Of a stretch of DNA of 64,000 bases, positions 39,200 to 57,270 are shown piece after piece. A program made the position numbers and the translations under genes. The notes beneath the pieces are model-generated. The model did not search any database. It was given only the letters and a program-made list of their open reading frames with translations, and was not told where the DNA came from. The stretch's first letter is position 1, and each line of letters starts with the position of its first letter. Location: assembly GCA_965287045.1 (NCBI GenBank), contig OZ336874.1, positions 22,196,001-22,260,000 on the forward strand, read 5' to 3'. The stretch is from Carcharhinus amblyrhynchos. Taxonomy: Eukaryota.

Positions 39200-39498
39200 T
39201 GTTTAAGTTTATTTATTAGTGTCACATGTGGGCTTACACTAACACCGCAATGAGGTTACTGTGAAAATTAGCTAGTTGCCACATTTTGGTGTCTGTTTGG
39301 GTACATTCTAGTGTCTGTTTGGGAGAATTTAGAATGACCAATGCACCTAACCAGCACGCCATTTGGACTGTGGGAGAAAAAGGAGCATCTGGAGGAAACC
39401 CACGTAGACACAGGAAGAACATGAAGGTTCCACACAGACAGTGACACAAGTCAAGAATCGAACCTGGGTCTCTGCCGCTGTGACACAGCAGTACGAAC
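39200..39498 (-). mobile_element. HE1-like V-SINE, tail type B
   Basis: gtttaagtttatttattagtgtcaca tail; V-domain and decayed head. Confidence 0.8.
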
Positions 39499-39756
39499 CT
39501 GTGTCACCCTGTTGCCTCCAGAAAAATAGAATAGCAAAGTACTATTTCAATGGAGAGACACTGCAGAATGCTGTGATTCAGAGGGATATGGGTGACCTTG
39601 TACATGAAACACCAAAGGCTTTCATTCCAGTACAGTAAATAATTAGAAAAGCAAATGGAATATGGCCTTTACTGGAAAGGGCAAAATGTACTTGGATTCT
39701 GTGTAGATTTTATCTCCTTAGTTTTATTTTTTCCTTGGATATAACTCTATTATTGC

Positions 39757-40114
39757 TGTTATACCTCATCATGGGGCAGATGTTGGTAATTCTAGGACAC
39801 GTTGATTGCTCAACTATCATGAGAGTACCCATTAAACACACCAGTAAGGAAGGATTTTAGTGCTTCTTGGCACATAGCAAGGGTGTCACACCCAGCTACT
39901 ATTTCCAATGCAAGACTGCCAGCTATGCTACACAACTTGTGGGAGGGGGGACGGTGGAAGGTGGAGGTGCTGTGTCTGCAAGAAACTTGAGTGCAAAGGT
40001 GAAGGTTGACTGTTCCAACTGCATCAGAGGGCCTAATTTTAACTCTGTACAAGTGATTGGATTTTGATTGAGTTAAAATCTTGACCAGTCGCCTCTGAGA
40101 AGTACTGAATAACA
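39757..40114. mobile_element. Possible solo LTR (358 bp)
   Basis: TGTTAT...ATAACA termini; flanks (ttgc/ttca) give no clean TSD. Confidence 0.4.
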
Positions 40115-43100
40115 TTCACTGTGGCTGTAGTGTAGTCTGTTATTTGGACCAACCTGCACTTTCTGGTTGAATGGAGAAAGAGGAAGGATGATTTGAGAAT
40201 TTAAACAGATATCTATTCATTCGAAGAACAAATGTCCATCAAGCGGTTCGCTATTATAAGGACTGGCACTTGTATTCCATTTGAATTATTAAAAGACCCT
40301 TAAAAAGTTTTCATTTGGGGGAAAAAGAATTATATCTTATATCAGGACTCAAAGGAAATTGTTGCAAATATGGTCACTGACTAATGTTAATAATTGAACA
40401 GACCTTGCAACAGATTAAAAATTTTACTCAGATGCACTTGGATTACTGGCCACAAACTAATGAGCAGCAATATATTGTAAATCTTATCAGTGTTGAATTC
40501 TCCTCCTCCATCCCTAACCCCAACTTAGTTGCCAAAGGTACTACCTCAAGCTTTTTAATCTTATACACAAACTAGGAACATCTGATAAGGTTTTCAATTC
40601 TGTCACCTATTGTACTTGCAAGATTTTTAAAAATCTATACTTTTATTAGTTCAACAATGTTCTCTTTATGAAATACTCGACCGATTTAATTTACTTTTGC
40701 AGGTGGAAGGAGGAAGAACTAACTTTTGTAATTGAATTAAGGCACATTATTCTGATGCCCCACACATTCTTCTATACATCTCTGTGTTATCCCCCCCTAA
40801 TGTGTTGATCTCCTGTAACTAGAAAAACAAAAGTGGCACAGAAACCCAGCAAGTGTTACCATTGTCACTTTAGTCCTCCTTTAGTTGTACAGCGAATAAA
40901 ACTAGAATTTTCTTTCAATAAATCCTCATTATTCCTACTGCAGAAAGTGTTAAATTTTTTGATAGAAACTGGAAAGGGAAAATTTAAATATACTAACTTG
41001 TGGCACAAGATCGGCATTTATACAATACATTCAGTAATTAGGCTGACATTGCAAAGCCTACACTGAGTTTTTAAGTCTTTTAAAAAAAATTAAAAAGCTT
41101 CACTCCATGAGTTCACTATAATTGTGGCAAAAAAAATAAAAGACAGCAGCTTAGAAACAGCAACGGTCAAAAACTTTTCAGTATTCTTCACTGCATTGCA
41201 GATGCCAGCCAACGAATCACAGGCATCGTAGATGTAGACAATCAGCTTTCGATGCCAAGCCCAGTTCCACTGGCAACCATTATTGGCTCCGTGCAAGTGC
41301 CTTAATCTCTTGGCATGAGCAGGGCAAAATGGTGGCTCGCAAATCAATGGTACAGAAGCACAAACACCACAAAAGTGTCTCCGTGCTCTGCAGAATATGA
41401 CAATTTTAAACCCAAAAAGTCGCTTTTTTTTGTCATCCTGCCTCTCAAATTATTTCAAAACAAGTGAAGATGTTCTATGCCATCCAACAAAAGCACCAGT
41501 CTGCAACCTAGGGCTTTCGGCTTTCTGTTTTTTTCCTCTTTCTTTGATTCAGGCTGCGATACCAATACTGAGCCATTTTCTCAACATAGTTTCTCTTCCG
41601 TCATATGACTGACGCCGTGCCATTTACATGAGGCAATTTTTGCAAGATCAAAACCGTTTCCATCCGAGCAGTGACCATGAAATAAATTATCAATATTACA
41701 GAAGAAATTGTTGAGGCTACAATGCTCATTAATTAAGTGTATATTTTCTGCCCAGTTGATGAACTTTTGCTTCAATAGATCTCAATTGAAAAAAAATTAA
41801 GCAACAATGAATGAGTTAGTTTGCAATTCTTTTTGTGTGCACATGTACATGAGATACAAAGAAAAGTGGCAAGTTTCTAAAGAATTAATTCATGTCACGA
41901 CACGTGAAGCAAGTTGAAAATTAAAGCTTAATTTTATTTTCGACTGAGTGAAGCGTCATTAAGTTCAGAATTGACTGAAAATTACTGGGCGCAAATATAT
42001 CTGTTGCACATTATCAGATGCCTTACATTTCACTTCCTTTCATTAATGAAAATCTGAAATGCTTGTGTTTTTTTATCAATCCTAACACCGTGATGGTTAA
42101 TGATTCCCATGGAGTTTTAAAACAAAATAACTTCCAATACCCTATAGCACGTTAACATGTAAATAGTGACTGCAGCAAAAGGCTGTAACAGCAAACTGTG
42201 GGCATAAGATTTCGGGAAAAAAAAATGACAGCATGAATGTGTGGCAGAAGAGCGGAGTTGGAAAAAGAAGAGAAAGACCAAGTTCTGTTCTGTAGCAAAT
42301 GTCCCTTAGCTGGATCAAACTGCTCTACGATTGGATTGGCAGAAGATGCTGCTTAAGCTGTCTGGAATGGACACTTTTTTTCTTCCCTCCAACTTTCCAA
42401 TTCCTTCGATCTGGCCGTAGCAGTGGCTCAAAGCCCAAGGTGCCAAAAATGAGATTCTGAAAATCCATTTGACACAGACAAAAAAAAAGACTGCTGGAAG
42501 TGGACACAAATGTCCTTTGCAGCATTTATTCCCCTAGACACTATTTTTTGATATTTTTTTAAACCATGTGCTAACAGATTGCACTCAGGGGAATGTACAA
42601 ACATGACTTATACTTTTATAAAAAATGAAACTGCAACAAGCCTTCTCTCTGCAGCAAGTCAGTAATTTCCTTCCACAAATATGATATCAGCCGAATGCAG
42701 CCACGGGCACAGGAACGAAAAGTACGTCTTCCAAAGATGAGGGAGCAAATAAAAACATGAAACATGTACCGTTAAGTTGGGATAAGTAAGCCATGTTATT
42801 CAACTTAGACGTAATGGACCAAATGGTCAGTTCCTGTGTTGTAGCACTATACGTTTTTTTCATTGTTTTAATTGGCATCTTCATACACTCTGGAGATTTC
42901 ATTTGGTTGTATTTTTCCAGGTTATAGTTGTTGCAGTACGAATTCGTGAATACACTCCAAAATACAAAATTACATATTTCACTCTCACTAAATATAAGAA
43001 AAATAACTACTAGTCTGTTTGACTGCAAGGAAGGAGTCTAAAGTTCCAGGCAAAATATGCTTCAATTATTTATTTTCAATTATTGAGAACAAGGATTAGT

Positions 43101-44874
43101 AGAGAAAAATGTTTGTAGAAGTAGGCAATAGAGTTTGTGAATGCATGCAGGGAAAGGAATGTTATGAAACAAGCACAACTGTTTTTCAATAAACCAGGCC
43201 TTATTCTGCTGGAAATTCAAATTGCCAAAATAAAATAGCCATTGATGCAAAATGTTACAGATGATGACAACATATTTACTAAAAGATAAGTAAAATGTTG
43301 GTGAATGTATCTATTCAAGCACACTTTACAAATCTGACATCACTTACACCATCAACTCCAATTTTGCCAGTAGAACCATCATGTACATTTGCATTGTTGG
43401 AAGGAAGAAGGGGAGGGTTGAAAAAGAGCTTATTGTTTTTTCTGACACACCTATGCCCAATAGTTCATTTCCTTTGCAGTCTAATCGAACCCAGTGAGCC
43501 TTCATAAATCTGACCTTGGGGATCTGGTTTACTGTACAGATACGGTTCAGGGTGGGAAAAATTTATATTCAGGAAATTACAAATGACAATCTTAGTAAAG
43601 TTGTAGCTTTTGTTCCCAGAGATATCTCTTGAATTGCAATATTAGAAACCTGCACTCTCAAACGTGCAATAAAAGGCTAGATCTCAATGTTTTCAAAATT
43701 AATCAATATCTTGTCTTTACTGTAGCCATTAACTGTAGCCTGTCTCCTTTCAATTATAGGGAATCAAAAATGGCAACAATGTGGGAATGCAATGAACAAA
43801 TCTAGAGATGGGGGTGGGTGAGGGTGATGTTGGATTTCTCTGCACTTGAAGAGAAAAGCCAGCAGGTGATGATTTCAAACAGTGAAGAATTCCTCACTTT
43901 TATTTGAAAGCGCCTGACAGACTTTTTTCTTTATTTTCTGAATACTATGAGAATCATGTGCTCCAACAGCTCTCATATGCCAGTGAGCAAGGCATTGTCG
44001 CATAAAGCAGACACACACTGCAAACAGGCAGGACGTATATTGAGGCCCACTGTTTTGCAAATGCTGGAAAGAGATACGTTGTCAAACACAAGAATGCATT
44101 TCTCCTGATGAGTGCAAGGTGAAACCCTTCGGCAACAAGTCTCTCTTTTCAGCAATGTGCTACCAAGAGACTTTCAAATTGACGATTTCCCCGAAATGGG
44201 ACAGGGCAACAGAGGAAGTTGTGAGAGAAGGCAATGTGAGCGGGCATGTTAACTTCAGCCAGTCTCGCATATCTCCCTGTGGTTAGGTAAGGATGGCTAT
44301 TGGCAAGGTTCTTGCCTCTCAACCATCATTTTTGTTTGACAAGAGAAACCTAGAGGGAAAAAATGAACAACAATCATTACCAAAAAAGGGCACTTAAAAT
44401 ATTTCAAATCCAAGTTCTCTTGAAAAAGACAACCTTTGACAACTTTTGGTCAACCTTAAGATCATCATGGGAAACAACTGACTAAAGAGTAATATGCATT
44501 CCATGTTTAAGCCGGTGTTTCAGTATCTACTTTCAAAGATGAAATCAAGATTCCACCTATGGATACAAACCCAAGGGATAAATACGCTTTCAATCAATTG
44601 CTTAAATGAAAACTGATGCAGTTATCACATTTCAGTTTTACAGTTATTTTCAAGGAATGAATATTCCTGAAATAATCCTAGAGTGTATAAATTTAGTATC
44701 CAATGTTCACAAGCTTCCCATCAACAATCTTGTGACATTTTCTGTCTAAAACTAAGGCCTGAAACATAATATGATCAGAAATAATTCTGTGAATGTTTTG
44801 TTGTGCGTGATTGTGATGCAAGTTCAAAATGATAGACAGGATAAGGATAATTTTGATGAATTAAAACTTCTTTA

Positions 44875-51380
<6,506 letters not shown>

Positions 51381-51410
51381 CTGCGTGAGACAGATCGGAG
51401 AGTACATCAT
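51381..51410 (-). CDS. NFIB: Nuclear factor I/B, coding part of exon 1 (MMYSPICLTQ)
   Basis: Minus strand reads gcaccgcg ATG ATG TAC TCT CCG ATC TGT CTC ACG CAG|gtagtt. The peptide matches the canonical vertebrate NFIB N-terminus. The phase-0 GT donor fits the phase-0 acceptor of exon 2. Too short to appear in the ORF track. Confidence 0.95.
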
Positions 51411-52450
51411 CGCGGTGCCAAAAAAAGAGACAAGTCAAACCCAGGAGTAACTCCAGCAGATCTTAGGGAGAGGAGGTTCTGAGTAACGTGTTATCCATTC
51501 ATATAGTTGTCGGATTTAAAAAAAAACTCTCTGATGTGGAGAGTCGCAAAGTCTGTCGGTATTCGCGCCTAAAGATCCGATGGCAAGTTTCCCAAAGCAA
51601 ATCTGGAGTCAAGATTTTTTTTTTGTGTGAATTTTCCAGTGGGATATCCTGGATCTGTTTGCAGCCACAGTACAAATGGTGCAGCAGAGAGAGAGAGAGA
51701 GAGAGAACTGCCAGTGTGAACATCCAATCCAAGATCAGACAAGGGAGGGGGAGAGAGAGAGGGTGGACAAAACACAAGGCGAAACTTTCTATTCGATGCA
51801 GTCAAACGTGAGCTGCCAGAGTACAGACTGGGTCCCAGGACTGGCACTGGGATTGATAGAGGGAGGCTGGGCTGGATTGGGAGGGGGGAGGGGGAGCGGG
51901 GGGGGGGAGGGTTAGCCAGGTACAATTGGAGAATAAAATTCTCCTCTGCAGTTTTTTTTTGGGGGGGGCAGGAAGGAGGTGACCCAGCTGCACCCCCCTC
52001 TCTCGGGATCTCTTCCAGCAAGCCTCACCGACTTCACAGATTTCTTTTTTTATTATTATTTAGATAAACTCAGCCTCCTTCCTCCGTCTTTCTCCTCCTC
52101 CTGCTCTCAGACAGCACACACACACACACTCCTTATCCACCAATCTTCTCCGCCAGTGAGAATGCTTACGAGAGAGGGGGGCAAATGCTCCAGATTTTGT
52201 TTAAAAGCTTACCGAAGCATTATGTCATTTTACAAGCGGAAGACTTTGCCCCTGTCCGTAGACAGCAACATGGAAAATCCCCAGATCGGAAAGTGGGGGG
52301 AGAGGTGGGTGGGGGGAGGCGGAATAAGGCAAAAGTGCAACTTCCACTAGCGCAGCTCGTCGGCTTTTCCTGCTAATCCAGTACAAAACTGGCCAAAAGT
52401 CGGCGTCCAGAATGTCTCTCCAACACCCAAACACACACAACCTTTGGCTG
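51411..52450 (-). promoter_or_regulatory. NFIB 5' UTR and proximal promoter, CpG-enriched with polypurine/polypyrimidine tracts
   Basis: Directly upstream of the ATG. CpG is raised relative to the introns, with (GA)n at 51686-51706 and G-runs at 51861-51911. TSS not determinable from sequence. Confidence 0.7.
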
Positions 52451-53559
52451 CAAACTTACCGCACAGCCCAAAAGCTATGCGCAGGATAATATGGGAGTTT
52501 CTTTCTCTGAAAAGAAATCATTTTGGTTTCTGTTTGCATTGGGAAATCGTCACTGTGTCCCGCTCTGTAAGGTCCCAATATGTTGGGGGGGGGGGGGGGT
52601 GTAATTAGTGTATATTATTTAGAATTAATCCAGCAGTTTTGTGTGGTTCCGCCTTCAAACTAATGTTTTCAGCATGTTCGCACGGTTGGGTCCACTGATA
52701 TGTACCCATAATCTCTCCCCTGTCGGAATGCAAGTGCGGGCTCACTGGTGGGCAATCGGACTAAATCCAGTGATTTCTCATTGAGTGTAAAGTTACCGGA
52801 GTGGGAATTGCACAACTCCTGTATTTTTCCCCCCCTGTATTTCAACCTGGTGTTGTGAGACTTCTCACTTTCTTTTAGAACGCATTTTTCTAGCTAAGAT
52901 GTGGCCACTTGCCCATCTCGCCTGTTCATCTGGATAGCTTATATTATTTTTTTTCTCTCTGAGTATCTGGTTACTTTCCTCTCTCTTTTGAATGTACAGT
53001 ATCTCATCGCCCGGGTTAATATCATCCGTTATAGGTTCCTCCTTGCTTCCTTTTTATTACAAGATTGTGCAATAGTTTTAAATCACGTAGAAACAAAGTT
53101 CTGGCCTGAACTTTTTTTTTGTAACTTAGTTATTTTAAAGCAAGCCTTTCCTTGCCATTCGAAGTTGTCTAGGGGTAGGAAATCCATTAATAAATTTGTC
53201 TTAATTCTGCACAGAGTATAATTTACAGGGGCGTAGATAGCTTGAAACCGATATGGTTGCATTTGGTCCCCTTGTAATCTTTCTTAAAAAATTCTGTTTC
53301 GCGGTAAATTCAACTTAAACCATCCACTAACTTTGTTTCCTCTTTACTCCTTTCGTTCTTTATACCATACTGTACTTCGACCACTTTCCCAACTTCTAAT
53401 CAGTCACTGCATCTACAATGGGAATGTCATTGAAAAGCTCCCAATTCAGCACTCTTACCTAAACGAGGTTTAATTATTAACAAAGAAAATTACATTTAGT
53501 AATTTAATTTATTTTTTTTACACACACACACAAAAGTGCACCTGTTCAAAATCCAGCGG

Positions 53560-55900
53560 GTTAACAATGACTTCAAAACCTGTGCCAGCCTCAGTATTAA
53601 TATTTATACCTAACGTGTTCGCTTCCTAAGCTCGAATTCACTGAACCTTCCGCAGGTTTTGTTATTTATCGCGCGGCTCCGTACGGCTTTAGCATTTTAA
53701 TTTCACAGTGGGAAGAGTGGGAGGGGGAAGGAAGGAAATCTGCAGCAAAAAAAAAGCTCAGGGCAGTTTTTGAACGTGATCTCAAATGTCCTAGTCTCTA
53801 TTTACCTTTAGGGTTGCAGCCCAATCTTATTAGGAGTGGACGTGAGCAAAACTTTTTTAAAAAAAATATACGTCCCCCAGCCGCAAGTCGTGTGCGACCA
53901 CTGTACAGTACACAAGCACTGAAATAGGTACTGCAATTCTCAATCGCGTTCAGTCAGCGTTTTTTTTAACTTCTCCCCAGCCACCCCCCCCCCCCCCCAC
54001 ACACACACACACACGTTCACGGTCCCTTCTACTTCAAGTGAAAAGTTACAGGAATGCTCAGGAAGTTTGAACTTGAGTTAGCGCTATTCATATTTCTGGA
54101 TGGGTGCATTTGAGAGCGTTCCCCTCCCCATGTCTATAGCGCCTTTTCCCCCTGCTGCGGTGCAGAGGCAGTTGCTGACTTTCTCCTCTTCTCTCAAGTT
54201 CAACGGCAGTAGTTGGCCTCGCTTCTGTAGCCATGAGCATTCCGATCACGCCACATCGGCATGTGTGGTGTCAAACACCAATCCTTCCCTCCCCTCCCCC
54301 ACCCCCCAAAAAAATAAACCAACCCACCAGTCTATTAATAAAGATACCCTCTTGGACCACCTCCTGCAGGAGACATGGTGGGAAGATTTAAAAAAAATAT
54401 AGAAGGGTATTAAGAATGAGTGTGTGTATGGGGGAGATGCAGAATGAGAATTCAAAATGAAAATAGAATCTGAGAGGTGGGGAGGGAAAGAGATGCAGAG
54501 AATGGAAAGGGCGGACTGCAGTGTCTGCTTTCAGCCAACACAACGTTGCCATCAATCTCAAATTCTTCTGGAACTGTCGAGCCAAACCAGAGGAAGAGAG
54601 AAAAAAAAATCTAAAAGTCGGGAAATGTGCCAAGCTCAGCGCTTTTTTGGACGCAATCACCAACCTACTCCTGATTCAGTGCTGGCACTGGGAACACATC
54701 TGATAGCGGCGTGACCTACATCGAGAAAGCTGGCGATTGCAGACATAAACAATCAAACAGTATCGCCAAAAATAATAATAATAAAACAAAACACAAAGTG
54801 AAAGCAGCATTGAAGAAAGAGGTCTCCCTGCAGCCACGAACCTAAGGAAAGAATAACGCGGCATTATCTTTTGTAACACATACCATTGCACAGTGTTGCT
54901 AATAAAATGTACTGAATTTTTTTGCAGTTTGCCCTACAAGGCTTCACATTTTCTCCTCAAGTTCAAACTGAGCTTCTGCAAAAAATAAACTGCTAAAAGG
55001 CTTTTTTTTCCCCCTCTCTCTGCAAACCGGAAGAGATACCTCGACTTTTTTTAAAAAAAGCAGCGGCAAAGTCAAAGTCGGGCAGTTTGCCCTTGCCAAA
55101 GTCTTTCTTTCTCGCGATCCTTCTCGCTTCCTCTTTCTGTTGGAATCCTGCACTTGGCTGCGATTTGGACTCACTGCTGGGCGGGCACATTGCTTAAGCC
55201 TGCCCCTTCCCTCTCTGTCTGCGAAGCTTGCTCTCAAATCCTTGCCTTTCGGGGGGGAATCGTTCAGCATTTTATTCTTCCCCCAGGCAACGGTTTCCTC
55301 TCTCTTAGTTTTTTTTTGTTTCCCACTTGGATCTTTATTTTCTACCTTTTTCAACTGTTTGTGGTTTTAAGTATTTGCATAGATCACTCTCACTTTCGGT
55401 ATCTTATCTATAACGGGTTTGCTGCCAATGTGTATCTTTTCCTCTCTTGTCATTTTTAAACATTGGATTATTATTATTATTATTTTGATTTATTATTGTC
55501 ACATCTGCTCGGATACAGGACTCTATCTTCCCCAGTGAATGTTTTGTGCTTTGATTTCTCTTGCTGCCTGCCACTGCTTTCTTACACTGCAGTGAGTTTC
55601 AAGCAAGTCGCTTTACTCCTCTTTCTCATGCACTCTCTCCTCGGTCTGCTGGGACCAGAAGAAACAACGAATTCTCACAGCGCTTGCTCTTTTAACACAG
55701 GCACCGATTATAATGAAAGGCGGGGAACTCTGCCTGTATCGGTGCGCTCGAATGCAGCAGAGGAGCTATTTAAAGTTAGGTTGTAAAACCAAAAAGAGGG
55801 GGGTGGCATTTGTTCTGCCATATTCACGATTCCTGCTAAGTCATTCCTAACCCGCTCCCGAAGATTACTGTGCTTAGCGCGTATGTGGGGTTTAGCTTGC
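53560..55900. promoter_or_regulatory. Second CpG-enriched, TE-free region; candidate upstream/alternative or divergent promoter
   Basis: Many CpGs and short A/T and C runs typical of vertebrate developmental-gene 5' regions; no repeats. Confidence 0.45.
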
Positions 55901-57104
55901 AATCCAATTTGTTCAACCCACACATTTATTTGCTCGGTATCTGTTACAGGGAGGCAAAAAAGCTGGAAGTCTTGCAACATCTTATTTCCAACACCAACGG
56001 CAGCCCGCAGGAATGAAAAGTTTTATCCAAACATGCATTCAATGAATTTTCAAACAAGGTCATTTACCATTAAGAGACAGAATTCGTGTCTAGTATATAC
56101 TGAAGTCTTTAAAACAGCATTGTCAATCAAGAACGCAACATAGAGTCGGTTAAAGGTCCCATTTAAGGTGATAGGGAGCTTTGATAAGGTACTTTACTAA
56201 AAAGCAAAGACAATTAGAGGTCACCAGACTATTAAAGCTGTGGGACCACCAGTTCCACATTAAGTAATGACAATCGTGGATAACTTGTTTGCAATATAAT
56301 TATTCATTTTTGGACCTTTGATGTTTCAAGGTCATCTCTCTAAATAGCAAATGGTCACAGGATATAGAAACTATTGCATAATAACTTAACTGCATGAGCT
56401 CTGAATGAATTATTTTATTGTGAAAAGGTTTACAATCAACCACAACTTTATTCTGTAAGATCACGACATGATTTTAATTTGAGTGGAGCAGTGTAAGAAA
56501 GTATTGTGCTTGTGCATGTTTAGTGATAGATTACTTGCTAGTTCCCAAGTAATCTTGTGAACTTTGTGTTGCATGGGTGTCCTTCAACAGTTTTGGACCT
56601 CCTTAATAGTATCAATAATATGATGCAAGTATTTCTTGCAGATGACACGTATACACAATAGTTATGGAGCTAGTAAACAAAGAAAGGCATCAAATTATGG
56701 GGAAAAATCCTTCACATGCTTAGAAAGATAGAATGGTTACAAAACAGAATGAGGTTATTCAGTCCATTGTTTCCAGGCTGGTTTCTTGCAAGTTTCTCCC
56801 CTACCCTTTCTTTCAACCCTGCAATGAACATCACCGAAAGTGTCCCAGGACTTGATAGTCAGTGAAGCTGCATGAATAACATGGTCAAACAGGTTGAGTT
56901 TCACCCTGCAACTCCTTTTACAGGCATCAATGGCATAGCATAAGAACAAGAGAAATTTCTGGTCAGCCGTGTGATAGAAGGAAGATTGAAGCCTCAACAT
57001 CGCTATTCCAAGCTGCAGACTAGAACATGCAAATAGAAGTATGTGTTGTCACAGCAACCCAGACTTCCTGTTATTTTTGGGGGGGTGGGGGGAGGGTAGA
57101 GGAT

Positions 57105-57270
57105 GGTTGGTTGGTTGGCTCAGCTGGCTGGATCAGTGCTGCCAACAATGTGAGGTTCAATCCTTGTGCCAGCTAGCATGGTTTTGGGACCTGTCTCCTT
57201 TACCTTTTCTCAGACGGAGATCATGGTGCTGTGGGTCACATCTCCTTCGGGCAGATAACTGAAGAAGAAG
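57105..57270 (+). mobile_element. Decayed tRNA-headed SINE
   Basis: A-box-like tggctcagctgg and B-box-like ggttcaatcc. Confidence 0.45.

Larger units (their letters stand above)
37595..39680 (+). mobile_element. CR1 LINE ORF2 (RT) remnant broken by nested insertions
   Basis: ORF 38158 (CLTNLLEFFKDVT.RVDK.EPVDAMYL.FQKA) and gagtaccacagggatcagtg (VPQGSV); resumes at ~39505 (YYFNG..LQ....QRD.G.LVH). Confidence 0.85.

Noticed and set aside
51488-52440. Several 60-150 aa ORFs over the promoter
   Set aside because: Low-complexity translations of GC-rich and microsatellite DNA. Only the AUG-initiated uORFs were kept.
54944-55354. 136-aa Lys-rich minus-strand ORF as a gene or alternative coding exon
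   Set aside because: Composition comes from A-runs. No domain is recognisable and no in-frame donor to exon 2 was found.
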